This document shows positions 15,435 to 24,254 of a stretch of DNA of 33,676 bases, one piece after another (position 1 is the stretch's first letter; each line of letters begins with the position of its first letter). The stretch lies in contig DAOVVO010000002.1 in the NCBI GenBank assembly GCA_030637135.1, positions 1-33,676 on the forward strand, given 5' to 3'. Source of the stretch: Nitrospirota bacterium. Its GTDB lineage: Bacteria > Nitrospirota > Thermodesulfovibrionia > UBA6902 > BMS3Bbin08. The notes beneath the pieces were generated by a model. The model worked only from the letters and a program-made list of their open reading frames with translations, searched no databases and was not told the origin of the DNA. The position numbers were made by a program, and so were the translations under genes.

Positions 15435-17594
15435 ATGTATAGAAACAAGAGAAGAACCAGGTTCATTATTAAGGTTTTTCCCTTTCTACTTTTCCTTTTT
15501 GTTTCTTCTTTGCTTCATGCTCATGAACTCAATTCATATCTTGCATTCCATGCAGAGAAATCACAAGAATCCCCTGACATACAAGCAGAGAAATCACAAC
15601 AATCCCCTGACATACAAATAGATAAGGCTATCAACCTTATTAATAATGGTTCATATAGACAAGCAGAGACCATTTTGGTACCGCTGGAATCTAATAATTC
15701 ATTGCGATACAGAGTAGTTTTTTTGCTCGGTCTACTTTACAAAAAAGAAGGAGTTTATGAAAAGGCGCGTGAATACTTAATAAAAGCAAGGAATATGCAT
15801 CCTCTATTGAAAGATTATGCATTAAAATCTCTTGCTGAAACATATGTTGCTGAAAAAAAGTACAGAGAGGCCATAGAAGTTGTTAGAAAAATCCGGAGTA
15901 AAGCACTGCTGCAAAGCGCACAAGAGGTTGAAATTAATGCATTGCTCGAATTAAAAAACGAGGAAGCCGCTCGAAGGGCGCTTTCCGAGTATACCAGACT
16001 CTTCCCCTTTGAATGGGAGTCTAAATTGCTCCTGGCACGGCTTCTTAAAAAAAGCGGTCATAAAAATGATGCAATTAGTCTTTTCAAGGAGATATATATT
16101 AAGGCTGTACCTCTTTCAGCAGAAGCCTTAAATGAACTGAAAGAATTGAAAACAGATAGTTTTACACTTAAGGAAATGCTAAAAAGGGCAGATAATCTTT
16201 TCAAAAACAGAGATTTCAAGAGAGCAGAGCATGCTTATAAAGAAGTTCTTGAAGATATAAGCATGTATGACTTGAAGGATAAAATAAGATTCTCAATCGG
16301 TTTGTGCCAGTTTAATCAAAAAAAATATAGTCTGGCAGCTCAAAGCTTTTCACTTATTAAAACTCCCAAGGCTATGTACTGGGAAACAAGAGCACGTTAC
16401 AGAAGCACGGGGATAGATGATTTTGAGAGGATGATAGAAAAATTCAAAAAAAATTTTCCTAAGAGCACGTACCTTGCTAAACTTCTTCTTTCATTAGCTG
16501 ATGAAAAAAGAAGGTCTCATAAATTGAGTGAGGCAGAAGAAATCTACAGACATATTATTAATGGTTTTCCTGCAAATGGGAAAGATGCCCTTTGGGGTCT
16601 TGGGTGGATGAACTATAGCCAAGAGGATTATAAGGAGTCAGAAAAAATATTTTCCAGGCTCGCATTGTCTGTGAGAAATAATGGCCAATATCTCTATTGG
16701 AAAGCAAAAAGTACTGAAATGCGCTCTAAAGATTGTGTGGTACAAAAAGTGAGCTTAAATATGGAAGTTAATCCCTGTTCAGATACAGATACATTTTATA
16801 ACAGCCTTTTAGGAGATACAGGTTATTATGGTTTTCTTGCAAAGATCAAGCTCGAAGAGTTTAATATGCCTGATAATCGTGGAACCAAAAAACCTGAAAT
16901 GCCCAGTGGGGATATATACAGGAGAATAGAAGCACTTAAATTTTTGGGTATGTACAAGGAGGCAATAGATGAAATCAGAATCGCTTTAGGGTTTAGAAAC
17001 AGTCATAAGGAATTCAGGTACCTTGCACATACTGCCTATAAACTGGGTGAATATAAGAGTATACTTTACTTTGCCGAGTCCCTTAAAGAAAAGGAATTTC
17101 TCCCGCTTGCTTATCCTCTTGGCTTCTGGAATATTGTGAGCGATGTTGCTGAAAGTGAAGATGTTGATCCGTATCTCGTAATTGCATTAATCAGGGAGGA
17201 AAGCCGTTTTGACCCCGATGCTGTTTCATCGGCAGGGGCGATTGGTCTCATGCAGCTTATGCCTTTTACCGCTCACAGGATAAAAAAAGAGTTAAAGATA
17301 GAACTTTCGGATATTTCTGAAATTCATGAAGTCGAGAAAAATATATCACTCGGCACACGCTATTTTTCAAAACTTTTGAAGGAATTCGGCAGAATACCTT
17401 TAGCTATTGCAGCCTATAATGCAGGAGAAAATGCATTAAGAAGATGGCTTCGTGAATCCAATCATAAGGGCATAGATGAGTTTATTGAAGATATCCCATA
17501 TCAAGAGACAAAGAACTACGTAAAAAAAGTTTTGAAAAGTTACTGGCAGTACAAGACATTGCAGGGACTTCCTCTGACAAAGGAAAAAGAATGA
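15435..17594 (+). CDS. Soluble lytic murein transglycosylase (Slt70-like: superhelical/TPR-like N-domain plus SLT domain)
   Basis: 719 aa with a signal peptide. The C-terminal SLT motifs are ALIREESRFDPDAVSSAGAIGLMQLMP and AAYNAGENA. Confidence 0.85.
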   Translation: MYRNKRRTRFIIKVFPFLLFLFVSSLLHAHELNSYLAFHAEKSQESPDIQAEKSQQSPDIQIDKAINLINNGSYRQAETILVPLESNNSLRYRVVFLLGLLYKKEGVYEKAREYLIKARNMHPLLKDYALKSLAETYVAEKKYREAIEVVRKIRSKALLQSAQEVEINALLELKNEEAARRALSEYTRLFPFEWESKLLLARLLKKSGHKNDAISLFKEIYIKAVPLSAEALNELKELKTDSFTLKEMLKRADNLFKNRDFKRAEHAYKEVLEDISMYDLKDKIRFSIGLCQFNQKKYSLAAQSFSLIKTPKAMYWETRARYRSTGIDDFERMIEKFKKNFPKSTYLAKLLLSLADEKRRSHKLSEAEEIYRHIINGFPANGKDALWGLGWMNYSQEDYKESEKIFSRLALSVRNNGQYLYWKAKSTEMRSKDCVVQKVSLNMEVNPCSDTDTFYNSLLGDTGYYGFLAKIKLEEFNMPDNRGTKKPEMPSGDIYRRIEALKFLGMYKEAIDEIRIALGFRNSHKEFRYLAHTAYKLGEYKSILYFAESLKEKEFLPLAYPLGFWNIVSDVAESEDVDPYLVIALIREESRFDPDAVSSAGAIGLMQLMPFTAHRIKKELKIELSDISEIHEVEKNISLGTRYFSKLLKEFGRIPLAIAAYNAGENALRRWLRESNHKGIDEFIEDIPYQETKNYVKKVLKSYWQYKTLQGLPLTKEKE

Positions 17595-17670
17595 GCCGGA
17601 GAGGGTTTACCCTGTTAGAAGGGCCGATTTAGTAATACTGTCTAACGGGGTTTGCATTTTAGTTTTATTT

Positions 17671-18000
17671 TTGATAAGTTACAAATCAATGCAACAGGAT
17701 AAGTTTGATTTTCTCAAGGGGGAATCATCAGTGGAAAAAATACACATGCTGGAAGACAAGATAATGAAGGTGATAGACAAGATTAAGGCATTAACGAATG
17801 AAAATGAGAAATTACATGATAGGATAAAATCTCTCAATGAAGAGCTCAAAAAAAAGGATAGTGAATCCAGAGAAGTAAAGCAGAACATGAAAGATATTGA
17901 TAAAATGAAGGCAGAACTTGAAAAACTTAACAGCGAGAGGAAAACGGTAAAGTCTCAGGTTGAGAATTTAATAAAAGAGCTTGAATCAGTGGAATATTAA
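17671..18000 (+). CDS. ZapB-like coiled-coil cell-division protein
   Basis: 109 aa, entirely heptad/coiled-coil (LEDKIMKVIDKIKALTNENEKLHDRIKSLNEEL...), lying just upstream of zapA. The start is ambiguous (TTG 17671 or ATG 17689). Confidence 0.55.
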   Translation: MISYKSMQQDKFDFLKGESSVEKIHMLEDKIMKVIDKIKALTNENEKLHDRIKSLNEELKKKDSESREVKQNMKDIDKMKAELEKLNSERKTVKSQVENLIKELESVEY

Positions 18001-18015
18001 TGAAGAGAGGTTTTA

Positions 18016-18228
18016 TTGATACGTTCGGCGGCATAGTTCGATAAACTCACTATCCTGAGTGAAATCGAAGGACACCAACTCTACCCTTGAGGGGAGGGGA
18101 AATACAGGTGCCGCTCACAGTATGGCTTCGACTGAGCCTTCGGCCCGAGCTCAGGCCGAGGGCTCAGCCGAATGTCCAACCCTGAGCGAAGTCGAAGGGT
18201 TAAGTCGGTGACAGTCGAATGGGTTGAT
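18016..18228 (+). repeat. Intergenic modular repeat, copy B (modules M1-M2-M3-M4-M5), between the ZapB-like gene and zapA
   Basis: Shares M1 (TTGATACGTTCGGCGGCA) with copy A. Shares a 46-nt identical M4 hairpin module (18127-18172 = 32561-32606) with copy C. Shares the 49-nt M5 (18180-18228) with both. Confidence 0.9.
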
Positions 18229-18284
18229 TTCGCCGATTGAGGGATTTTTAAACAGATATTTTTTATAGAATCGGAAGGTGAAAA

Positions 18285-18554
18285 ATGCATTCTGTAGAAG
18301 TTCAAATATTAGGCCAGAGTTATTCCATTAAGACCAATGAGGATGAAGCTTATATAAAAACCCTGGCAAAGTATGTTGACGAGAAGTTGAAAGAAGTTTA
18401 CAAGGTAGCCCCAAATATTAATCATGTAAAAGCAGCAATTATGGTTGCCTTTGGCATAGCTGATGAGCTTTACAAACTGAAAATACAGCAGGAAGATCTC
18501 GATAAGATAATCGAAGAAAAAGCAAAGATGCTTCAGGTTTACTTAAACAAATAA
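18285..18554 (+). CDS. zapA: Cell division protein ZapA
   Basis: 89 aa. The pattern V.V.ILGQSYSIKT.EDEAYI..LA.YVDEKLKEV is typical of ZapA. Confidence 0.75.
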   Translation: MHSVEVQILGQSYSIKTNEDEAYIKTLAKYVDEKLKEVYKVAPNINHVKAAIMVAFGIADELYKLKIQQEDLDKIIEEKAKMLQVYLNK

Positions 18555-18672
18555 AAACTAAGAGATAAGAACTGAGAATAAACAATAAGAATAATTTCTT
18601 TGTTTGTTTCCTAAAACTCGGTTCCCGTTTCCAATTTCTTTTTCTCATTTCCCATTGTAAAGAGGTAAGTTC

Positions 18673-20190
18673 ATGGATGAAGTTAATGAATTGATGCAGG
18701 AGAGAATTAAAAAACTTATAAAACTCAGGAATGCGGGGATTGACCCTTACGGCGGTCCATTTACAGTTAAAGATAAAATTTCAGATATACTTAAAAAATA
18801 TGGGGGATTGAGCAAGGAGGAACTAACAGAGAACAGAGAGAGCTCTGTTATTGCTAGCGGTATTATTGCCTTCAGGGATTGCGGCAAAGCTGCTTTTGCA
18901 GATATTCTGGATGCGACAGGAAAGATACAGGTCTATTTCAAGAAAGATATCCTTGGTAATGATTATGGCATGTTGAAAAATCTTGATGTAGGTGACATTG
19001 TTGGATTAAGCGGACATCTGTTTAGAACCAAAACAAACGAGCTTACTATTGAGGTTAAGGAGTTCGTAGTGCTCTGCAAGTCATTGAGGCCTCTGCCTGA
19101 AAAGTGGCATGGACTCAGGGATGTTGAAACCCGCTATAGACAAAGATATGTTGACCTCATTGTTAATCCGCACGTAAGAGAGCTGTTTATTAAACGCAGT
19201 AAGATGATAAAAGCAATAAGGACTTTTTTTGATGAACGTGGTTTTTTAGAAGTTGAGACACCCATGATGCATCATATACCAGGTGGGGCAACTGCCAGGC
19301 CATTTGTAACTCACCATATAGCTTTAGGACTTGACCTTTATCTGAGAGTAGCCCCTGAACTTTATCTCAAGAAACTACTGGTTGGGGGATTTGAAAAAAT
19401 CTATGAGGTTAACAAAAATTTTAGAAATGAAGGTATATCTACCAAGCATAACCCTGAATTTACCATGCTGGAATTCTATATTGCTTATGTCAATTACAAT
19501 TATCTCATGACGTTTACCGAGGAGCTCATTCCCTATCTTTGTAAAGAGATAGGAGGTGGCCTCAAACTACCGTACGGAAAAGCAAACGCAGTTCATGAAG
19601 TCAATACAGCCCAATCTCAGGAAGAAGTTATCGATTTTACCCCTCCGTGGCCCAGAGTAAGTATGCTGGATGCTCTGCAGCAGCAGGGTGTTGACCCTGC
19701 TGTTTTTAAGGATGTAGAAAAAGCAAAGGAGTATGCTATAAAAAACAGTATTGATATAAGTAATAAATTTTCTCACGGAGAGATACTGGATGAGATATTC
19801 AAGGAAAAGGTAGAGCCCGAGCTTATCCAGCCTGTATTTATTATGGACTACCCTGTTGAACTGTCGCCATTAGCTAAGAGGAAAAAAGAAAACCCTGAAT
19901 TTGTGGAAAGATTTGAGCTCTTTATAGGAGGAAGGGAAATTGCCAATGCCTTTTCAGAGCTTAATGACCCCGCTGATCAGAAACAGAGATTTTTACAGCA
20001 AGTGGAAGCCCGGAAAAGAGGAGATGAGGAGGCTCATCTTATGGATGATGATTTTATCAGGTCCCTTGAATATGGCATGCCGCCTGCTGCAGGAGAAGGC
20101 ATAGGAATTGACAGACTGTTTATGCTTCTTACAAATTCTCCGTCCATAAGGGATGTAATACTCTTTCCGCAACTCAAGCCGGAACAGTAA
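18673..20190 (+). CDS. lysS: Lysine--tRNA ligase, class II
   Basis: 505 aa. Has an OB-fold N-domain, class II motifs (FLEVETPMM, YLRVAPELYLK, NFRNEG.S..HNPEFTMLE, GIGIDRL), plus RYRQRYVDL. Confidence 0.95.
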   Translation: MDEVNELMQERIKKLIKLRNAGIDPYGGPFTVKDKISDILKKYGGLSKEELTENRESSVIASGIIAFRDCGKAAFADILDATGKIQVYFKKDILGNDYGMLKNLDVGDIVGLSGHLFRTKTNELTIEVKEFVVLCKSLRPLPEKWHGLRDVETRYRQRYVDLIVNPHVRELFIKRSKMIKAIRTFFDERGFLEVETPMMHHIPGGATARPFVTHHIALGLDLYLRVAPELYLKKLLVGGFEKIYEVNKNFRNEGISTKHNPEFTMLEFYIAYVNYNYLMTFTEELIPYLCKEIGGGLKLPYGKANAVHEVNTAQSQEEVIDFTPPWPRVSMLDALQQQGVDPAVFKDVEKAKEYAIKNSIDISNKFSHGEILDEIFKEKVEPELIQPVFIMDYPVELSPLAKRKKENPEFVERFELFIGGREIANAFSELNDPADQKQRFLQQVEARKRGDEEAHLMDDDFIRSLEYGMPPAAGEGIGIDRLFMLLTNSPSIRDVILFPQLKPEQ

Positions 20191-20329
20191 AGAAGTTAGA
20201 AGAAAGGATTCAGGGGCCCATCCCGTATGGTACGGACAAGAGAGGGATTTAGAATTTTTAAATTTTTTTTGACTTGAAATATATTTTGCACTGATCTATT
20301 CATTGAGCATGAAGATTTTATGATTTAAT

Positions 20330-21562
20330 ATGAAGCTTCCATATTACTTTTTCATAGCACTTCGTTATTTCAAGGCCAAAAAGAAACACAGGGGTATTTC
20401 TGTCAATACTATAATTTGTGTTTCAGGAGTTGCCTTAGGGGTGATGGCTCTTATTATAGTGCTCTCTGTGATGGGGGGATTTCATGAAGACCTTCAGAAG
20501 AAGATTCTCGGAACGAATGCTCATATAATTGTTTTAAATTACGGTGGTAAGATTAGAGATCATCAACCCCTGAAGGACAAAATTGAAGGCGTGCAGGGGG
20601 TCAGTCATTCTTCACCTTTTATTTATGGTCAGGTGATGCTGAATTTTGGGGAGAGAGCGCAGGGTGTTATTGTGAGAGGGATTGTGCCTGAACTTGAAGC
20701 TGATACAACAGATATTCTCAAATATATAAAAGAAGGGAGTATCAATAATTTAAAAGGAGACAGGGCAGGAATCCCGGGGATAATACTCGGCAGGGAACTC
20801 GCGAGGAATCTCGGTTTGTTCATCGGTGACGAGATTAAAATGATTTCGCCTTTAGGAGATATCGGCCCCCTCGGGATGCTCCCCAGGATGAAAAAATTCC
20901 GGGTTGTAGGTATTTTTGAAATCAACATGTACGAATATGACTCAAATCTTGCCCTTATTAATATCCGTGATGCCCAGGATTTTTTTAAACTCAATGACGA
21001 GATTACAGGCTTTGAGGTCAAAGTGGACGATATCTATGACGTCGTAGAAGTTTCAGAAAGAATACAAATTACTCTTGGCCCACCGTTTTATGCAAAAGAC
21101 TGGATGGAAATGAACAGGAATCTTTTTTCTGCGCTTAAACTTGAAAAGATGGTTATGTTTATAATCCTTATTTTAATAGTGCTTGTTGCTTCTTTTAATA
21201 TTGTCAGTAATTTGATTATGATTGTGATGGAAAAAGCACGGGAAATAGCTATTATCAGAGTTATGGGAGCTACGAGCAGGGGTGTTATGAGTATTTTTAT
21301 GGTTCATGGACTTATTATAGGTATTTTTGGAACAGTTATAGGTCTTACAGGAGGTTACATTGCCTGTCATCTTCTGAAGACTTATAAATTCATAAACCTC
21401 CCTCCTGATATTTACTACCTGAGCTATCTCCCTGTCAGAATGAGTATGTTTGACTTTATTATCGTCCCTGCAACGGCGATTATAATAAGTTTTCTGGCAA
21501 CTATCTACCCTTCCTGGCAGGCATCAAGATTAAATCCTGTTGAACCATTGAGGTATGAATAG
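20330..21562 (+). CDS. lolC: Lipoprotein-releasing system transmembrane permease (LolC/E family)
   Basis: 410 aa. Has the N-terminus ALRYFKAKKKH..ISV....SGVALGVMALIIVLSVMGGF, a MacB-like periplasmic domain and a C-terminal FtsX fold. Confidence 0.88.
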   Translation: MKLPYYFFIALRYFKAKKKHRGISVNTIICVSGVALGVMALIIVLSVMGGFHEDLQKKILGTNAHIIVLNYGGKIRDHQPLKDKIEGVQGVSHSSPFIYGQVMLNFGERAQGVIVRGIVPELEADTTDILKYIKEGSINNLKGDRAGIPGIILGRELARNLGLFIGDEIKMISPLGDIGPLGMLPRMKKFRVVGIFEINMYEYDSNLALINIRDAQDFFKLNDEITGFEVKVDDIYDVVEVSERIQITLGPPFYAKDWMEMNRNLFSALKLEKMVMFIILILIVLVASFNIVSNLIMIVMEKAREIAIIRVMGATSRGVMSIFMVHGLIIGIFGTVIGLTGGYIACHLLKTYKFINLPPDIYYLSYLPVRMSMFDFIIVPATAIIISFLATIYPSWQASRLNPVEPLRYE

Positions 21563-21687
21563 GAAAAATTAAAATTAAAAAATCAAAATGTAACATTATA
21601 GGGAGTAATTGAAGGTGCGTTAAGGCATCATAAAAATAAATTTTTACACAACATCTGCTTATAAATATATCTTTTATTTTAAGAACA

Positions 21688-21984
21688 ATGTTCAAACTTA
21701 TATTTAAAATAATATCTTTTATTTCGTTTTTAATTATTATTCTTATTGGACTTGCTGTATGGAAGGGTGGAGAGCCTTTTAGGTGGACTGGCGAAAAGGC
21801 AGAGATAATAGGAAAAATAATGAAAAACGTTGGTGACAGAATTGACCACATAAAAGAGGGCGGTAAAAAAGCAGAAAAAAAATTAAAACAAATTAAAGAA
21901 GATCTGGAATCTATTACGGCACATGAGGAGGAGCATCCAGAAGATAACGATGGATCTGTTAATAAGCATCAAAAATCTGAATAA
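21688..21984 (+). CDS. Small membrane-anchored hypothetical protein with a charged tail
   Basis: 98-aa ORF between the lol permease and ATPase genes. Has one N-terminal TM helix (IISFISFLIIILIGLAVW) and a K/E-rich tail. No family recognised. Confidence 0.4.
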   Translation: MFKLIFKIISFISFLIIILIGLAVWKGGEPFRWTGEKAEIIGKIMKNVGDRIDHIKEGGKKAEKKLKQIKEDLESITAHEEEHPEDNDGSVNKHQKSE

Positions 21985-22621
21985 ATCCTTTTTAACTCCG
22001 GGAAGAGATATCCATGTTTTAAAGGATATAAACCTTGATTTCTACAGAAGAGAAATAGCCGCTATTATGGGACCTTCCGGTGTTGGCAAGAGTACTCTGC
22101 TCTATATCATGGGTGCACTTGATAGACCTACTTCAGGAACTGTTTTTTACGAAGGTAATGATATTTTTGGCCTCAAAAATGATGCACTAGCTGTTTTCAG
22201 GAATAAAACAATTGGTTTTGTATTCCAATTTCATCATCTTTTGCCTGAATTTAGTGCACTGGAGAATGTAATGATGCCTCTCCTTATAGCTGATATTAAC
22301 CAGGAGGAGGCATATAAAAAGGCAAAGGGAATCCTCGTGGAAGTCGGGCTTACTGATAGACTGCTGCATAAACCGGGAGAGCTTTCAGGTGGTGAACAGC
22401 AGAGGGTTGCCGTTGCCAGAGCCCTGGTACTTGGACCACGTGTAGTGCTTGCAGATGAGCCTACCGGGAACCTTGATACCCAGTCCGGAGAGGAATTATT
22501 CAAGCTTTTAATAGAGTTAAATAATAAAAGAGGAATTACGTTTATAATAGTTACCCACAACGAAGGCCTTGCATCAAAATGTGGCAGGACTATAAGAATG
22601 CTGGATGGAAAAGTATCATAG
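21950..22621 (+). CDS. lolD: Lipoprotein-releasing system ATP-binding protein
   Basis: Walker A GPSGVGKST, signature LSGGEQQRVAVARAL and Walker B VLADEPTGNLD. ATG 21950 gives the usual short N-terminus. The track ORF begins at 21923. Confidence 0.88.
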   Translation: MDLLISIKNLNKSFLTPGRDIHVLKDINLDFYRREIAAIMGPSGVGKSTLLYIMGALDRPTSGTVFYEGNDIFGLKNDALAVFRNKTIGFVFQFHHLLPEFSALENVMMPLLIADINQEEAYKKAKGILVEVGLTDRLLHKPGELSGGEQQRVAVARALVLGPRVVLADEPTGNLDTQSGEELFKLLIELNNKRGITFIIVTHNEGLASKCGRTIRMLDGKVS

Positions 22622-22634
22622 TTTCTAAATAGAG

Positions 22635-23477
22635 ATGACCCACCTGTCTGATGATACTTTTGAATCATTTCTCACCCTGATTTCAAATCAGACACAGCTT
22701 GATCTGAGAGATATAAGCTTCATTGACCCTTATGGAATGGTTGGAATTCTGGAAATAGGAAGATTTTTTTATTCTAAAGGAAATAATAAGTCCCTTATAG
22801 TGCCTTATTCCGAAGATGTACTTAAGTATCTTGAAAGGATGGATTTTTTTAAATATGCTGAAAAATATTTTAAGCTTGAGCCGGATGCTCCAAAATTCAT
22901 AAATCAATATTCACGAAAATCCTTTTCAGATGTTTTGCTTGAGATTACGTCTATAGAAAAATCAGATGATATCCATTTTATTGTAGGGAAAGTTAAAAAA
23001 AGAGCACATGCAATTCTTGAAAAACATCTCCATTATAATGAAAGGGCAATAAATGGTTTCATTGTCGCTCTTTCAGAGGCATGTCAAAATATAATAGAGC
23101 ACAGTGAAAATACAGGCTTTGTAGGGATTCAAAAATATCATTTCCAAAACATCAATAAAAATGTAGTAAAAATTGCTGTTATGGATTTGGGAATAGGATT
23201 TAAGAAGTCACTTGAAGGACTTCATACAATAAAAGATGATATTGAAGCTTTAGAAAAGGCACTTTTACATGGAGCATCGAGGTATGCTGATAGAGGCAGA
23301 GGGCATGGCCTTGCTGCTGTGAGACGTTTTGTAAATGAATGGAACGGGAAACTTTCTATTCGTTCAGGGACGGCGAAGTTTTCGATACTACCTGATTGGG
23401 GATATGGCAAAGAAAGAGAGAAAAACCTCACCTTTTTCCCAGGTGCTCAGATAAATATTATGCTGCCAGAAGTTTAG
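22635..23477 (+). CDS. GHKL-type ATPase / anti-sigma-factor-like Ser kinase with an N-terminal STAS-like region
   Basis: 280 aa. Has the N-box ACQNIIEHSEN, the G1 box MDLGIGF and the G2 box GRGHGLAAV, as in the SpoIIAB/RsbW-type HATPase fold. The N-terminal LDLRDISFIDPYGMVGILEIG resembles the STAS/antagonist core. Confidence 0.65.
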   Translation: MTHLSDDTFESFLTLISNQTQLDLRDISFIDPYGMVGILEIGRFFYSKGNNKSLIVPYSEDVLKYLERMDFFKYAEKYFKLEPDAPKFINQYSRKSFSDVLLEITSIEKSDDIHFIVGKVKKRAHAILEKHLHYNERAINGFIVALSEACQNIIEHSENTGFVGIQKYHFQNINKNVVKIAVMDLGIGFKKSLEGLHTIKDDIEALEKALLHGASRYADRGRGHGLAAVRRFVNEWNGKLSIRSGTAKFSILPDWGYGKEREKNLTFFPGAQINIMLPEV

Positions 23478-23482
23478 ACCAC

Positions 23483-23869
23483 ATGACAGCTCATGAACTG
23501 AAAAGAGAACTTGAGACAATTAGCCCTTTTATTGAAAAACATACGTCTATAGTTTGTCCTTCATGTGAAAAAGTCTGCTGTATAAATAAACATGGATATT
23601 ATGATAAAGAGGACATGGTATTTCTTTCATCACTTGGAATTAAAATAACCCCATATATACTAAATAGAAAAGATACTGACACGTGCAGATTTTCAAGGGG
23701 AAACGGATGTTTACTCAATCGATGGATGAGACCGTTCCGCTGTACGTGGTATTTTTGTGAACCCCTTCTTGAGAGTATGAAAAGGGAACATGGTAAGACA
23801 TATAGAGACTTCGTTACTGCCCTCCAGAGAATGATTGCTGTCAGGCAAGCATTAACTGATCGCTTATAA
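23483..23869 (+). CDS. Cys-rich CxxCxxCC (YkgJ/UPF0153-like) putative Fe-S or Zn-binding protein
   Basis: The preferred ATG at 23483 lies 6 nt after the upstream stop. Has the motif CPSCEKVCC plus further Cys residues (C..C.LNRWMRPFRCTWYFC). Confidence 0.6.
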   Translation: MTAHELKRELETISPFIEKHTSIVCPSCEKVCCINKHGYYDKEDMVFLSSLGIKITPYILNRKDTDTCRFSRGNGCLLNRWMRPFRCTWYFCEPLLESMKREHGKTYRDFVTALQRMIAVRQALTDRL

Positions 23870-23899
23870 GCTTATCTGTGCAATCTCTGAATTTTTTTC

Positions 23900-23941
23900 T
23901 TGACAAAAGCTTAAATTTTTGATTCAATTGAATCAATTGAA
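23900..23941 (+). promoter_or_regulatory. Sigma70-like extended -10 promoter overlapped by a perfect 14-bp palindrome and a 9-nt tandem repeat
   Basis: TTGACA at 23900-23905, a 17-nt spacer, then TGaTTCAAT (TG at 23920-21, hexamer 23923-28). The palindrome GATTCAATTGAATC is at 23921-23934. TCAATTGAA occurs twice, at 23924-23941. Confidence 0.45.
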
Positions 23942-23957
23942 GTAATAAGAAAAAGCG

Positions 23958-24080
23958 ATGAATAATATTGTCTCAATCAGCAAAAAGACAGATATTCCGG
24001 CTTTTTATATAAACTGGCTTGTCAGAGCCCATAATCCTGAATGGAATACTTTGGATGGGGATGTGGGGGATATATGCTGA
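23958..24080 (+). pseudogene. Possible N-terminal remnant of a DUF1848-family gene (40-codon ORF)
   Basis: The ORF translates MNNIVSISKKTDIPAFYINWLVRAHNPEW... The S..(R/K)TDIPAFY..W start resembles the DUF1848 N-terminus as I recall it. It stops after 40 codons in a 385-bp spacer. Confidence 0.35.
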
Positions 24081-24254
24081 AATACTGTGTTTTTTAAGAA
24101 GATGAAAAAGATGATTATCTGAGAAAAGCTTAAAATATATAGAAAATTGTTGAGTGAAATAATTTATGATTGTAAGATTCAGTCTTTACGATTTTATTGC
24201 TAACAAATTACAGATAAGATATTTTCAACAGAAGAAAACTGTAAAGAAGAATAA

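Noticed and set aside
18081-18305. ORFs encoded by the dispersed repeats (18081..18305 minus strand, 32458..32745 plus strand)
   Set aside because: They are translations of repeat modules (..RPELRPRAQPK.., ..LSEVEGLSRGQSNGLI..). The same DNA recurs in non-equivalent frames and contexts.
18555-18672. 6S RNA (ssrS) downstream of zapA, as in E. coli
   Set aside because: The spacer is only 118 nt, very AT-rich, and has no long closing stem or central bubble architecture.
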